The position numbers were made by a program, and so were the translations under genes. The notes under the pieces are model-generated. The model did no database searches. It was given only the letters and a program-made list of their open reading frames with translations, and was not told where the DNA came from. A stretch of DNA of 24,000 nucleotides from Promicromonospora sp. NPDC023805 (GTDB lineage Bacteria > Actinomycetota > Actinomycetes > Actinomycetales > Cellulomonadaceae): positions 91,132-115,131 of the forward strand of contig NZ_JBFAAH010000012.1 in the NCBI RefSeq assembly GCF_040639635.1, given 5' to 3'. Shown here piece by piece: positions 1 to 7,681 of this stretch. Numbering within the stretch: the first letter of the stretch is position 1; every line of letters begins with the position of its first letter.

Positions 1-1
1 C

Positions 2-1231
2 CACCCGACCGGCATGGTCTGGCCGCCCAGCGTCAAGGGCATCCTCGTGACCGAGGGCGTGCGCGGCGACGGCGGGGTGCTCAAGAACTCCGAGGGCAAG
101 CGGTTCATGTTCGAGTACGTGCCCGACGTCTTCAAGGGCCAGTACGCCGACACCGAGGACGAGGCGGACCGCTGGTACGACGACCAGGAGAAGAACCGCC
201 GCACACCCGACCTGCTGCCGCGCGACGAGGTGGCCCGCGCCATCAACACCGAGGTCAAGGAGGGGCGCGGCTCGCCGCACGGGGGTGTCTACCTCGACAT
301 CGCGAGCCGCATGCCGGCCGAGGAGATCAAGCGGCGTCTGCCCTCGATGTACCACCAGTTCAAGGAGCTGGCCGACGTCGACATCACCGCCGAGCCGATG
401 GAGGTCGGCCCGACCTGTCACTACGTGATGGGCGGGATCCAGGTCGACCCCGACACCGGGCAGTCCAGCGTTCCGGGACTGTTCGCGGCGGGGGAGTGCG
501 CTGGCGGCATGCACGGCTCGAACCGGCTCGGCGGCAACTCGCTCTCGGACCTGCTGGTGTTCGGCAGGCGTGCGGGGCTCGGCGCGGCCGACTACGTCGT
601 CGGCCTGGAGAGCAGGCCCGCCGTGCGCGCGGCCGACGTCGACGCGGCGGCCGAGATGACGCTCGCCCCGTTCGACCCGCCGTCGGACACCCAGGACGGG
701 ACCGGCGGCGCGGGAGCCGAGAACCCGTACACCCTGCACGCCGAGCTGCAGCGGATGATGAACGACCTGGTGGGCATCATCCGCACGGAGTCGGAGGTGG
801 CCGAGGCACAGCGGCGGCTCGGCGAGCTGCGCGCCCGGGTGCGGCAGGTGTTCGTCGAGGGCCACCGGCAGTACAACCCCGGCTGGCACCTGGCGCTCGA
901 CCTGCGCAACATGCTCATGGTCAGCGAGGCGGTGGCGGCGTCGGCCCAGCTGCGCACCGAGAGCCGCGGCGGGCACACCCGCGAGGACCATCCGGGGCTC
1001 GACGCCGAGTGGCGCCGCCGGGTGCTCGTGACGCGCTGCGCCGACAGCGGCGCGGTGGTGCCGCGCGTCGTCGTCGAGCCCGCCGAACGGGTGCCCATGC
1101 GCGAGGACCTGCTCGCGCTCTTCGAGTTCTCCGAGCTCCAGAAGTACTACACGCCGGCCGAGCTGGCCGCGCACCCCGGGCAACGGGCCGATCCAGATCC
1201 AGAGCCAGATCCAAGGGGAGGGACCGCATGA
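2..1231 (+). CDS. sdhA: Succinate dehydrogenase / fumarate reductase flavoprotein subunit, C-terminal ~409 aa (5' end outside window)
   Basis: The frame is open from nt 2. Translation begins HPTGMVWP, the conserved HPTG active-site motif of SdhA/FrdA. It continues with [19 protein letters not shown] and [12 protein letters not shown] motifs. Codon position 3 is strongly G/C. The TGA at 1229-1231 overlaps the next gene's ATG (ATGA). sdhA versus frdA cannot be distinguished from sequence alone. Confidence 0.9.
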   Translation, partial: HPTGMVWPPSVKGILVTEGVRGDGGVLKNSEGKRFMFEYVPDVFKGQYADTEDEADRWYDDQEKNRRTPDLLPRDEVARAINTEVKEGRGSPHGGVYLDIASRMPAEEIKRRLPSMYHQFKELADVDITAEPMEVGPTCHYVMGGIQVDPDTGQSSVPGLFAAGECAGGMHGSNRLGGNSLSDLLVFGRRAGLGAADYVVGLESRPAVRAADVDAAAEMTLAPFDPPSDTQDGTGGAGAENPYTLHAELQRMMNDLVGIIRTESEVAEAQRRLGELRARVRQVFVEGHRQYNPGWHLALDLRNMLMVSEAVAASAQLRTESRGGHTREDHPGLDAEWRRRVLVTRCADSGAVVPRVVVEPAERVPMREDLLALFEFSELQKYYTPAELAAHPGQRADPDPEPDPRGGTA

Positions 1232-1980
1232 GCTACACGGGAACGTTCCGGGTCTGGCGGGGTGACGCCGACGGCGGCGCGCTGGCCGACTTCCACGTCG
1301 AGGTCAACGAGGGCGAGGTGGTGCTCGACGTCCTCCACCGGCTGCAGGCCACGCAGACACCCGACCTCGCGGTGCGGTGGAACTGCAAGGCAGGCAAGTG
1401 CGGGTCGTGCTCGGCGGAGATCAACGGGAAGCCACGCCTGCTGTGCATGACGCGGATGTCGGTGTTCGAGCGCGACGACGTCGTGACCATCACGCCGATG
1501 CGGACGTTCCCGGTGATCCGCGACCTCGTGACCGACGTGTCGTTCAACTACGCGAAGGCGCGCGAGATCCCGTCGTTCACGCCGCCCGCGGACCTGGGGC
1601 CTGGCGAGTACCGGATGGCGCAGGTCGACGTCGGGCGCTCGCAGGAGTTCCGCAAGTGCATCGAGTGCTTCCTGTGCCAGGACACCTGCCACGTGGTGCG
1701 CGACCACGAGGAGAACAAGGAGTCGTTCGCCGGGCCGCGCTTCCTGATGCGGATCGCCGAGCTGGAGATGCACCCGCTCGACGTCGCCGACCGGGTGCCC
1801 GCCGCGCAGGAGGAGCACGGGCTCGGCCGGTGCAACATCACGAAGTGCTGCACCGACGTCTGCCCGGAAGGCATCAAGATCACCGACAACGCGCTGATCC
1901 CGATGAAGGAGCGCGTGGCCGACCGGCGGTACGACCCGTTGGTCTGGCTGGGCCGGACGATCTCGCGCAGGCGCGACTGA
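1228..1980 (+). CDS. sdhB: Succinate dehydrogenase / fumarate reductase iron-sulfur subunit
   Basis: ATG at 1228 gives [12 protein letters not shown]. It lies in frame inside track ORF 496..1980, whose first 244 aa are Arg/Gly/Pro shadow sequence. Three Cys clusters are typical of SdhB/FrdB: [21 protein letters not shown] (2Fe-2S), [11 protein letters not shown] and [12 protein letters not shown]. It is translationally coupled to sdhA. Confidence 0.9.
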   Translation: MSYTGTFRVWRGDADGGALADFHVEVNEGEVVLDVLHRLQATQTPDLAVRWNCKAGKCGSCSAEINGKPRLLCMTRMSVFERDDVVTITPMRTFPVIRDLVTDVSFNYAKAREIPSFTPPADLGPGEYRMAQVDVGRSQEFRKCIECFLCQDTCHVVRDHEENKESFAGPRFLMRIAELEMHPLDVADRVPAAQEEHGLGRCNITKCCTDVCPEGIKITDNALIPMKERVADRRYDPLVWLGRTISRRRD

Positions 1981-2000
1981 CGGCCAGGTGGTGATCAGTT

Positions 2001-2030
2001 TTGTCTCGTAACTGTTCAATCAGATATGCT
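2001..2030 (+). promoter_or_regulatory. Candidate sigma-70-type promoter for the HTH/PIN pair (-35 TTGTCT 2001-2006, 18-nt spacer, -10 TATGCT 2025-2030)
   Basis: It sits in the locally AT-richer stretch right after the sdhB stop. The -10 fits the actinobacterial TANNNT pattern. The predicted transcript start falls near the ATG at 2038, so the mRNA may be leaderless. Pattern match only. Confidence 0.3.
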
Positions 2031-2331
2031 GGCGCGTATGAGCTCGTTGGAGATCACACCCGAGTCGGACGACGAGTGGGAGCAGGTGATCCGCCGTCAT
2101 CTCGCCGCAGGTGAGCGTGCACACGTGACCTTCGAGCGGCCGTCGATGACGCCGGCCGAGATGGCGGACAGCATTGGCGTCTCGCGGGCGACGATCCAGC
2201 GCCGGATCCTCGCGGGTGAGATCCGGTCGGAGCGCCGGGGTAACCGGCACCGCATTCCGCTGCACGAGGTGGAACGGTTCCGCCACGCCTACGTCCGCGA
2301 GATGGCGACAGATCTTGCAGCCGACTTCTGA
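2026..2331 (+). CDS. Excisionase/MerR-type helix-turn-helix DNA-binding protein (putative antitoxin of the downstream PIN protein)
   Basis: The 101-aa ORF contains MTPAEMADSIGVSRATIQRRILAGEIRSERRGNRHRIPLHEVERF, the excisionase-family HTH pattern. Its 3' end overlaps the PIN gene. An alternative start is the ATG at 2038. It uses more A/T-ending codons than the flanking sdh genes. Confidence 0.75.
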   Translation: MLARMSSLEITPESDDEWEQVIRRHLAAGERAHVTFERPSMTPAEMADSIGVSRATIQRRILAGEIRSERRGNRHRIPLHEVERFRHAYVREMATDLAADF

Positions 2332-2995
2332 GCACCGCGTCTTCGTCGACGCCAACGTTCTCGCCTCCCCGGTCCCGCGAACCATCCTGTACCTGTCCCA
2401 GCCGCTGTCGGACTTCCAGCTCGTCTTCAGTCCGTGGGTCGAGCGGGAGGCGGAACGGCACCAGAAGGCGGGTCACATACCGGTGTCGACCTTGCGACAG
2501 CGCTTCGACTGGGAGTTCGTGCCCGATGCTGATGACTTCGACGGGTTGGTCGACACAGACCCGAAGGACCAGCCCGTGCTGGCATCGGCGGTGGAGGCGA
2601 AAGCTCGTTACCTGGTGACGGCGAACGTGCGGGACTTCGGAGAGAAGGACCTGGCCGAGCATCGGATGGTCGCTGTGCACCCGGGATTGTTCCTGGCGCA
2701 TCATGTGTCGGCTCAGAGCTACCGCGAAGTCCTCGAGGCGGTCGGCGAGAAGCGCGGCCGGGAGCCGCGCGATCCGTTGTCCATCCATCAGCAGGAGATC
2801 TCGGTCCACCTGCCCGCCCTCTTCGATGCCTACCGGGATCTGTTCGGCCATGCCACGCCTGATACCAGTCATGGGCCGCCGATGCTGTCCTTCCGGGGCA
2901 CGCGATGTGTGGAGTGCTATCGCGTTCTTCGCGAGGACCTGCAGCGTGATCCGGGCCTGTGCCAGCGGTGCGGGGCCGACACGGCTCGTAGATGA
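2315..2995 (+). CDS. PIN-domain ribonuclease-like protein with C-terminal CxxC...CxxC zinc-ribbon extension (putative toxin)
   Basis: The N-terminus has the acidic PIN pattern RVFVDANVL. Further on are DTDPKDQPVLASAVEAKARYLVTANVRDF, typical of PIN_3-type VapC-like proteins. A ~100-aa tail ends in CVEC-x14-CQRC (nt 2906-2971). The start is uncertain: TTG 2315 is the first plausible initiator before the PIN core and overlaps the HTH gene by 17 nt. The track's ATG at 2174 would lie wholly inside the HTH gene. Confidence 0.75.
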   Translation: MQPTSEHRVFVDANVLASPVPRTILYLSQPLSDFQLVFSPWVEREAERHQKAGHIPVSTLRQRFDWEFVPDADDFDGLVDTDPKDQPVLASAVEAKARYLVTANVRDFGEKDLAEHRMVAVHPGLFLAHHVSAQSYREVLEAVGEKRGREPRDPLSIHQQEISVHLPALFDAYRDLFGHATPDTSHGPPMLSFRGTRCVECYRVLREDLQRDPGLCQRCGADTARR

Positions 2996-3028
2996 GCCGG
3001 CCGGCGTCCGCACTTCGCTAGCAACCGT

Positions 3029-4282
3029 TCAGTACCGCGGCAGCGCGTCCGTGAACGCAGGGTCCCGGCGGCGCATGTAGTCGCCGTCGTTCCGCGCGCC
3101 GCGGCCTGAGCGCAGGAAACGCTCGTGGAGCTCCTCGACGCGCGCCAGGTCGACGTCTACGCCGAGCCCCGGACCGGTCGGAACGGTCACCGCGCCGTCG
3201 ACGATCTCGATCCCGCCGTCCGGGACGACGTCGTCGGCCCGGTTCCAGGGGTAGTGCGTGTCGCAGGCGTAGGCGAGGTTGGGGATCGCCGCGGCCACGT
3301 GCGTCATGGCCGCGAGCGAGATGCCGAGGTGCGAGTTCGAGTGCATGGACACGCCCATGCCCGTCGCCTCGCAGATCGCGGCGAGCTCCTTGGTGCGGCG
3401 CAGGCCGCCCCAGTAGTGGTGGTCGCTCAGGAGGATCTGGACGGCGTCGCTCCGGACCGCCGGGAGGATGTGCTCGGTCTCGACCACGCACATGTTGGTC
3501 GCGAGAGGGAGCCCCGTCTCGGCGTGCACCCGGCTCATCCCGTCGATGCCGAGCACGGGGTCCTCGAGGTATTCGAGGACGCCGTCCAGCCGTCGCGCTA
3601 CGTCGAGGGCGGTGCTGTGCGACCAGGCTCCGTTCGGGTCGATGCGGAGGGGCAGGCCGGGGAACGCCTCGGCCAGGGCGAGGAGCGAGGCGACCTCGAC
3701 GTCGGGGTGCAGCGCCCCGGCCTTGAGCTTGATCGACCGGAAGCCGTACTGGTCGATCATCCGCTTGGCCTGCGCCACTATCCCGTCCGGGTCGAGGGCG
3801 GGGCCCCACTCGTCGTCATCGGCCCCGATGTGCCCTGCCCACTTGAAGAAGAGGTACGCGCTGTAGTCGACGCTGTCCCGCAGGGCGCCGCCGAGCAGCT
3901 CGCTCACCGGACGGCCGAGCAGCTTGCCCTGGGCATCCAGCGCCGCCACCTCGATCGGGGCGAACGTCATGAGGCGGGCCTGCGCGCCGAGGTCGGGCCG
4001 CAGCCGCCGCAGCACGGCGTCGACCACGGACTCGATGCGGGACGTCGCGAACACGTCCAGCCCCAGCAGCTCGGCCTCGAGCGCGGGGACGGCGTCGGGG
4101 GGCAGCGCGTCGCCGCGTCCCTCGCCCCACGCGACGACGTCGCCGATCTCGAGCCGCACGACCGTGCGCAGCGCCAGCGGCTCGTGCACCCCCGCGGCAT
4201 TCAGCAGCGGCGGGTCGGAGAACGCGAGGGGGTAGACGGTGAAGCCCGTGATCCGGCCGTCGATGAAGGTCATCTTGCTCAT
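3029..4282 (-). CDS. Enolase-superfamily acid-sugar dehydratase, glucarate dehydratase (GudD)-like
   Basis: The 417-aa protein carries the motifs I recall for glucarate dehydratase in the right order. They are KLK (KxK general base), RIDPNGAW, LEYLEDP and LATNM (three metal ligands), SDHHYWGG and SMHSNSHLGISLAAMTHVAAA (His-Asp dyad region). The ATG overlaps the stop of the upstream permease (ATGA). Confidence 0.8.
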   Translation of the reverse strand: MSKMTFIDGRITGFTVYPLAFSDPPLLNAAGVHEPLALRTVVRLEIGDVVAWGEGRGDALPPDAVPALEAELLGLDVFATSRIESVVDAVLRRLRPDLGAQARLMTFAPIEVAALDAQGKLLGRPVSELLGGALRDSVDYSAYLFFKWAGHIGADDDEWGPALDPDGIVAQAKRMIDQYGFRSIKLKAGALHPDVEVASLLALAEAFPGLPLRIDPNGAWSHSTALDVARRLDGVLEYLEDPVLGIDGMSRVHAETGLPLATNMCVVETEHILPAVRSDAVQILLSDHHYWGGLRRTKELAAICEATGMGVSMHSNSHLGISLAAMTHVAAAIPNLAYACDTHYPWNRADDVVPDGGIEIVDGAVTVPTGPGLGVDVDLARVEELHERFLRSGRGARNDGDYMRRRDPAFTDALPRY

Positions 4283-5145
4283 CCTTTGATTGCTCCCGCC
4301 GAGATACCGCGCATGAACGACCGCTGGAAACCGAGGAAGGCGAGGATGGCGGGCACCATCGCCAGCGTGGAGGCGACGAGGACGACGCCGATGCCCACCT
4401 CAGGATCGGCGCGCAGGCTGCTCAGCGCGAGCGGCAGGGTGTAGTTCTTCGCGTCCGACGCCACCAGCAGCGGCAGCAGGTACTGGTCCCAGATCATGGT
4501 GAACCCGAAGACGCCGATGACGCCGAGGGCCGGGGTCACGGTCGGCAGCACCACCGACCAGAAGACGCGGAACTCGCCCGCGCCGTCGAGCCGTGCGGCC
4601 TCCTCGAGCTCGGTGGGCACCTCCTTCATGAACTCGGTCATGACGAGGATCGCGAAACCCCACGCGACGATCGGCACGATCATCCCGGCGAGCGAGTCGG
4701 TCAGGTTCAGGTGCAGCAGGGGCAGGTCGGACAGCACCACCGCGAGCGGGATCGCGAGGATCTCCTCCGGCAGCATCATGGTCGCCAGGATCAGCACCAT
4801 CACTATGCCGGCGCCCCGGAACTTCTTGCGGGCCAGCGCGTAGGCCGCCAGCACCGACACCGCCATCTGCAGCAGCAGCCCGACACCGACCACGAACAGC
4901 GAGTTGGCCAGGTACCGCAGGACGTCGCGGCTGAGCGCCGCCCGCCAGTTGTCCAGCGTGAGGTCGGTCGGGAAGAGCGAGAGGCGGGACGGGTCGCGCG
5001 AGCCGTCGAAGGCTCCGACCAGGATCGCGATGAGCGGCCCGGCGAAGGTCAGCACGACCAGCGCGCACACCAGCGCCGTGATCGCCCGGATCCACCAGCT
5101 GTTCTGGGCGCCCAGGCCCAGCGCCGTGTCGAGGTTCTTGCTCAT
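4279..5145 (-). CDS. Carbohydrate ABC transporter permease (CUT1, MalG-like)
   Basis: The 288-aa polytopic membrane protein has the EAA loop EEAARLDGAGEFRVFWSVVLP. An AGGAGG RBS precedes the ATG, and the ATGA overlaps the upstream permease stop. Confidence 0.9.
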   Translation of the reverse strand: MSKNLDTALGLGAQNSWWIRAITALVCALVVLTFAGPLIAILVGAFDGSRDPSRLSLFPTDLTLDNWRAALSRDVLRYLANSLFVVGVGLLLQMAVSVLAAYALARKKFRGAGIVMVLILATMMLPEEILAIPLAVVLSDLPLLHLNLTDSLAGMIVPIVAWGFAILVMTEFMKEVPTELEEAARLDGAGEFRVFWSVVLPTVTPALGVIGVFGFTMIWDQYLLPLLVASDAKNYTLPLALSSLRADPEVGIGVVLVASTLAMVPAILAFLGFQRSFMRGISAGAIKG

Positions 5146-6113
5146 GATTCCTCCTTGCGTACGCCGGAGCGCACCAGAAGCGTCAGGACGATGGTGGCCA
5201 GCAGCAGCACCACGGAGCCGGCGGCGGCGACCCCGAGCTCCACCCGTTCGAACCCGAGCCGGTAGATCAGCGTCATGAGCACCTCGCTCGACCCGTTGGG
5301 CCCGCCGTTGGTCAGGAGGTACACCTCGGTGAAGATGCGCATCGCCCGGATCGCGGCGAGCGTCAGCAGGATGGCGAGCGCCGGGCGCAGCGCGGGCAGC
5401 GTCACGTACCGGATCCGGCGGACCCAGCCCGCGCCGTCGAGCGCGGAGGCCTCGTAGAGCGACCGGTCCACGCCGACCAGGCCGGCGATGATGATGATCA
5501 TGTCGTAGGGCGCGTCACGCCAGATGCCGACGAGGATCACCGACAGCAGCGAGGTGTCGGGCGAGTTGATCCACTGCGACGGCTCGATGAGGAAGAAGCC
5601 GAGGATGCTGTTGGCCAGCCCGTCCTCGGTGGGGTGGTAGATGATGCGCCAGAGCTCGGCGATCACCGCCGTCGGCACGACGACGGGCAGGAACGCGGCG
5701 GAACGCACGAACCAGAGCCGGCGGGCCTGTCCCTCGAGCAGGAGCGCGAGCGCGAACCCGACCAGGACGGCGCCGGCGGTCTGTGCGACGGCGATGATCG
5801 CCGTGTGCCCGGCCGCGGCGAGGAACTCGTCCGTCGCGACCAGGGCGCGGTAGTTGTCCCAGCCCACCCAGGAGTTGCCGAGGTACGGCTGCACGTCCTG
5901 GAAGCTCATCACGAAGGCCTGGCCCATCGGGATGAACTTGAAGTAGACGAACAGCACGAGTGCCGGGGCGAGGAAGGCCCACGGGATCCACCAGGCGCCC
6001 AGGCGGCGGCTGGTCCGCCGCTCGACGGGCGCGCGGCCCGACGGCGGCTGCGGCGGCGTTCCTTCTCGGGTCAGCCCGGTTCGGGTCAGCTCGGTTCGGG
6101 TCGGCACGGTCAT
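5142..6113 (-). CDS. Carbohydrate ABC transporter permease (CUT1, MalF-like)
   Basis: The real start is the ATG at 6113 (MTVPTRTELTRTG...), which overlaps the stop of the binding-protein gene (ATGA). The protein has hydrophobic helices and the motif YEASALDGAGWVRRIRYVTLP. The upstream 197 aa of track ORF 5142..6704 are Arg/Pro/Gly shadow sequence overlapping the binding-protein gene. Confidence 0.88.
   Translation of the reverse strand: MTVPTRTELTRTGLTREGTPPQPPSGRAPVERRTSRRLGAWWIPWAFLAPALVLFVYFKFIPMGQAFVMSFQDVQPYLGNSWVGWDNYRALVATDEFLAAAGHTAIIAVAQTAGAVLVGFALALLLEGQARRLWFVRSAAFLPVVVPTAVIAELWRIIYHPTEDGLANSILGFFLIEPSQWINSPDTSLLSVILVGIWRDAPYDMIIIIAGLVGVDRSLYEASALDGAGWVRRIRYVTLPALRPALAILLTLAAIRAMRIFTEVYLLTNGGPNGSSEVLMTLIYRLGFERVELGVAAAGSVVLLLATIVLTLLVRSGVRKEES
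6066..6110 (-). repeat. In-frame 15-nt tandem repeat x3 at the 5' end of the MalF-like permease gene
   Basis: The units are tcgggtcagcccggt / tcgggtcagctcggt / tcgggtcggcacggt on the + strand. They encode the reiterated (P/L)TRT(E/G) N-terminal tail. Confidence 0.8.
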
Positions 6114-7432
6114 GGCGCGAGCACCTCCTGGTCGGCGAGCTCCGCCGTGAACACCTCGTCGAGGGCCTCCATCTCGGTGCGCACGTCCAGCGAGCAGTCG
6201 CTGATCAAGGCGTTGAGCGTGTTCGCCGACGCGGTGAGGAAGGGGGTCCAGTTGGGGACGGCGGGCACGTACCTGCCGTTGTTGTCGTAGAGCTCCTGGA
6301 ACGTCTCCCACTCCTGCGGGTCCCGCATGCCGTCCATGTCGACCGTCGAGTTCACGGGCAGGCGGACGATGTTGCCGTCCTCGTGCCCGGCCATGCCGAT
6401 CTTCTGGCCCGCTGGCGAGATCACGTACTCGGCGAAGCGCTCCTGTGCGCTCTCGCTCGCCGAGCCCGCCATCAGGTAGACGTTGTTGCCCTCCGCGAGG
6501 GTGACGAGCCCGGCCGGACCGGGCGGCGGCGGGATGACCTCGAGGTCGTCGCCGAGGCTGTCGACGAGCGCGGGCAGCTCGTACGGGGCGACGAGGAACG
6601 ACCCGGCGCCGCCCGTCTGGAACGTCTCCTTCGTGTTCGTCGTGTCCTGGCTGCTCGCGCCCGGCTGCAGCACGCCTTCGGTGCAGGCGAGGTCCCGGAT
6701 CCACGTGGCGGCGGCGACAGCGCTGTCATCAGCGACGGCGGAGCGGTAGCCCTCCGGGGTCTCCTCGAAGTACTCGCCGCCGCCGGACCAGAAGAACGTG
6801 GAGGTGTTCCACGAGATGTAGCCCCGCTCCGTGGTCCCGGGGACGGCGATGCCGGCGACCTTCTCGCCGGTGCCGGTGGGGTCGTCCTCGACGTAGCCGC
6901 GCCACATGGCGACCAGGGACTCCCAGTCGTCGGGCACCGAGAGCCCGAGGTTCTCCCGCCAGTCCTTGCGGTTGAAGAGCGCGACGGTGTGCGCGGTCAT
7001 CGGCACGCCGTAGTAGCCGCCGAAGTAGGAGCGTGCACCGTCCCAGGCCCGTTCGTTGATGTCCTCGGAGCCGTCGATCTGCTCCGGGTCGATCTCGCGC
7101 AGGAAGCCCTGGCTCTGCATGTTGCCGAGCTGTGCGGTGTCGTTGATGACGATGTCCGGCAGGTTCCGCTGCACCGCGCGCTGCTGCAGCTTGATCTCGA
7201 AGTTGTCGGAGATCGAGGTCATGGTCGCCGGAATGCCCGTCTTCTTCGTGAACTCGCGGACGAGCTCCTGCCCGATGAGGTCGGAGGGGCTGCCGGGTCC
7301 CTTGCGCTGCCAGATCTCGAGCGACTGCTCCTGGGCGGGCACCTGGTCCACTTCTGCGGCTGCCGTCATCCCGGAGCATCCCGCGAGAGCAAGGACTGCG
7401 GCGAGACCGGCTATTGCTTGTGCTCTGGTCAT
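6110..7432 (-). CDS. ABC transporter extracellular solute-binding lipoprotein (family 1, sugar-type)
   Basis: The 440-aa protein has signal peptide MTRAQAIAGLAAVLALAGCSG with lipobox LAGC. A GGAG RBS lies 5 nt upstream. It is the first gene of an operon with two permeases and the dehydratase. The overall pattern matches CUT1 binding proteins. Confidence 0.85.
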   Translation of the reverse strand: MTRAQAIAGLAAVLALAGCSGMTAAAEVDQVPAQEQSLEIWQRKGPGSPSDLIGQELVREFTKKTGIPATMTSISDNFEIKLQQRAVQRNLPDIVINDTAQLGNMQSQGFLREIDPEQIDGSEDINERAWDGARSYFGGYYGVPMTAHTVALFNRKDWRENLGLSVPDDWESLVAMWRGYVEDDPTGTGEKVAGIAVPGTTERGYISWNTSTFFWSGGGEYFEETPEGYRSAVADDSAVAAATWIRDLACTEGVLQPGASSQDTTNTKETFQTGGAGSFLVAPYELPALVDSLGDDLEVIPPPPGPAGLVTLAEGNNVYLMAGSASESAQERFAEYVISPAGQKIGMAGHEDGNIVRLPVNSTVDMDGMRDPQEWETFQELYDNNGRYVPAVPNWTPFLTASANTLNALISDCSLDVRTEMEALDEVFTAELADQEVLAP

Positions 7433-7471
7433 GAGCTCCGTCGTTCATGAGGGGGTGAAAAGGTGTTCGCC

Positions 7472-7509
7472 ACCGTAGGAACCGGATGGCCATGCTGTCC
7501 AGAACCGGA
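7472..7509 (-). promoter_or_regulatory. Candidate promoter of the ABC operon with two direct TCCGGTTC repeats
   Basis: On the minus strand the -35 is TGGACA (7496-7501), followed by an 18-nt spacer and -10 TACGGT (7472-7477). TCCGGTTC occurs twice, at + strand gaaccgga 7479-7486 and 7502-7509. One copy abuts the -35 and the other lies inside the spacer, a typical repressor-operator geometry. Pattern match only. Confidence 0.3.
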
Positions 7510-7681
7510 ATTGCATGCACTGATGCCGCGACTGCATTACCGGGGGTCCTCCCGGTCCTGCTAAGTTCGAGGCACTCGTCCAGGTCCGCCTTGTCCTGGG
7601 CCGCGTCACCCCGCCCGGTGCGGCAGTCAGACGCCGGCCACCTCGGTGGCCCGTCCCGCCGGGCGGCGCTGAGGACATCTC

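Noticed and set aside
496-1227. Upstream 244 aa of track ORF 496..1980
   Set aside because: It is out of frame with, and fully inside, the well-supported sdhA coding region. The sequence is an Arg-rich shadow. The SdhB homology starts at ATG 1228.
5246-5255. gttcgaaccc, resembling a tRNA T-arm
   Set aside because: No complementary T-stem, acceptor stem or anticodon arm can be drawn on either strand, and it lies inside a well-supported permease gene. Other ttcga occurrences were checked in the same way, and no tRNA was found.
6114-6704. Upstream extension of the permease ORF 5142..6704
   Set aside because: It overlaps the solute-binding protein gene in another frame. The ATGA-coupled start at 6113 gives a normal MalF-like N-terminus.
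5960-7450. 496-aa plus-strand ORF
   Set aside because: It is antisense to the solute-binding protein gene. The sequence is low-complexity and Arg/Gly/Val/Asp-rich, with no motifs. The same reasoning applies to plus ORFs 3125..4444 and 11966..13630 and to minus ORFs 2054..3013, 7445..8524, 20848..22026 and 23357..23971.
7611-7666. Nested GC hairpins in the MFS gene leader (outer arms ccgcccgg/ccgggcgg, inner ggccac-ctcg-gtggcc); possible riboswitch or attenuator
   Set aside because: The stems are short and pure GC, of a kind that arises frequently by chance at this GC content. I found no conserved riboswitch core sequence, and the TSS is unknown.
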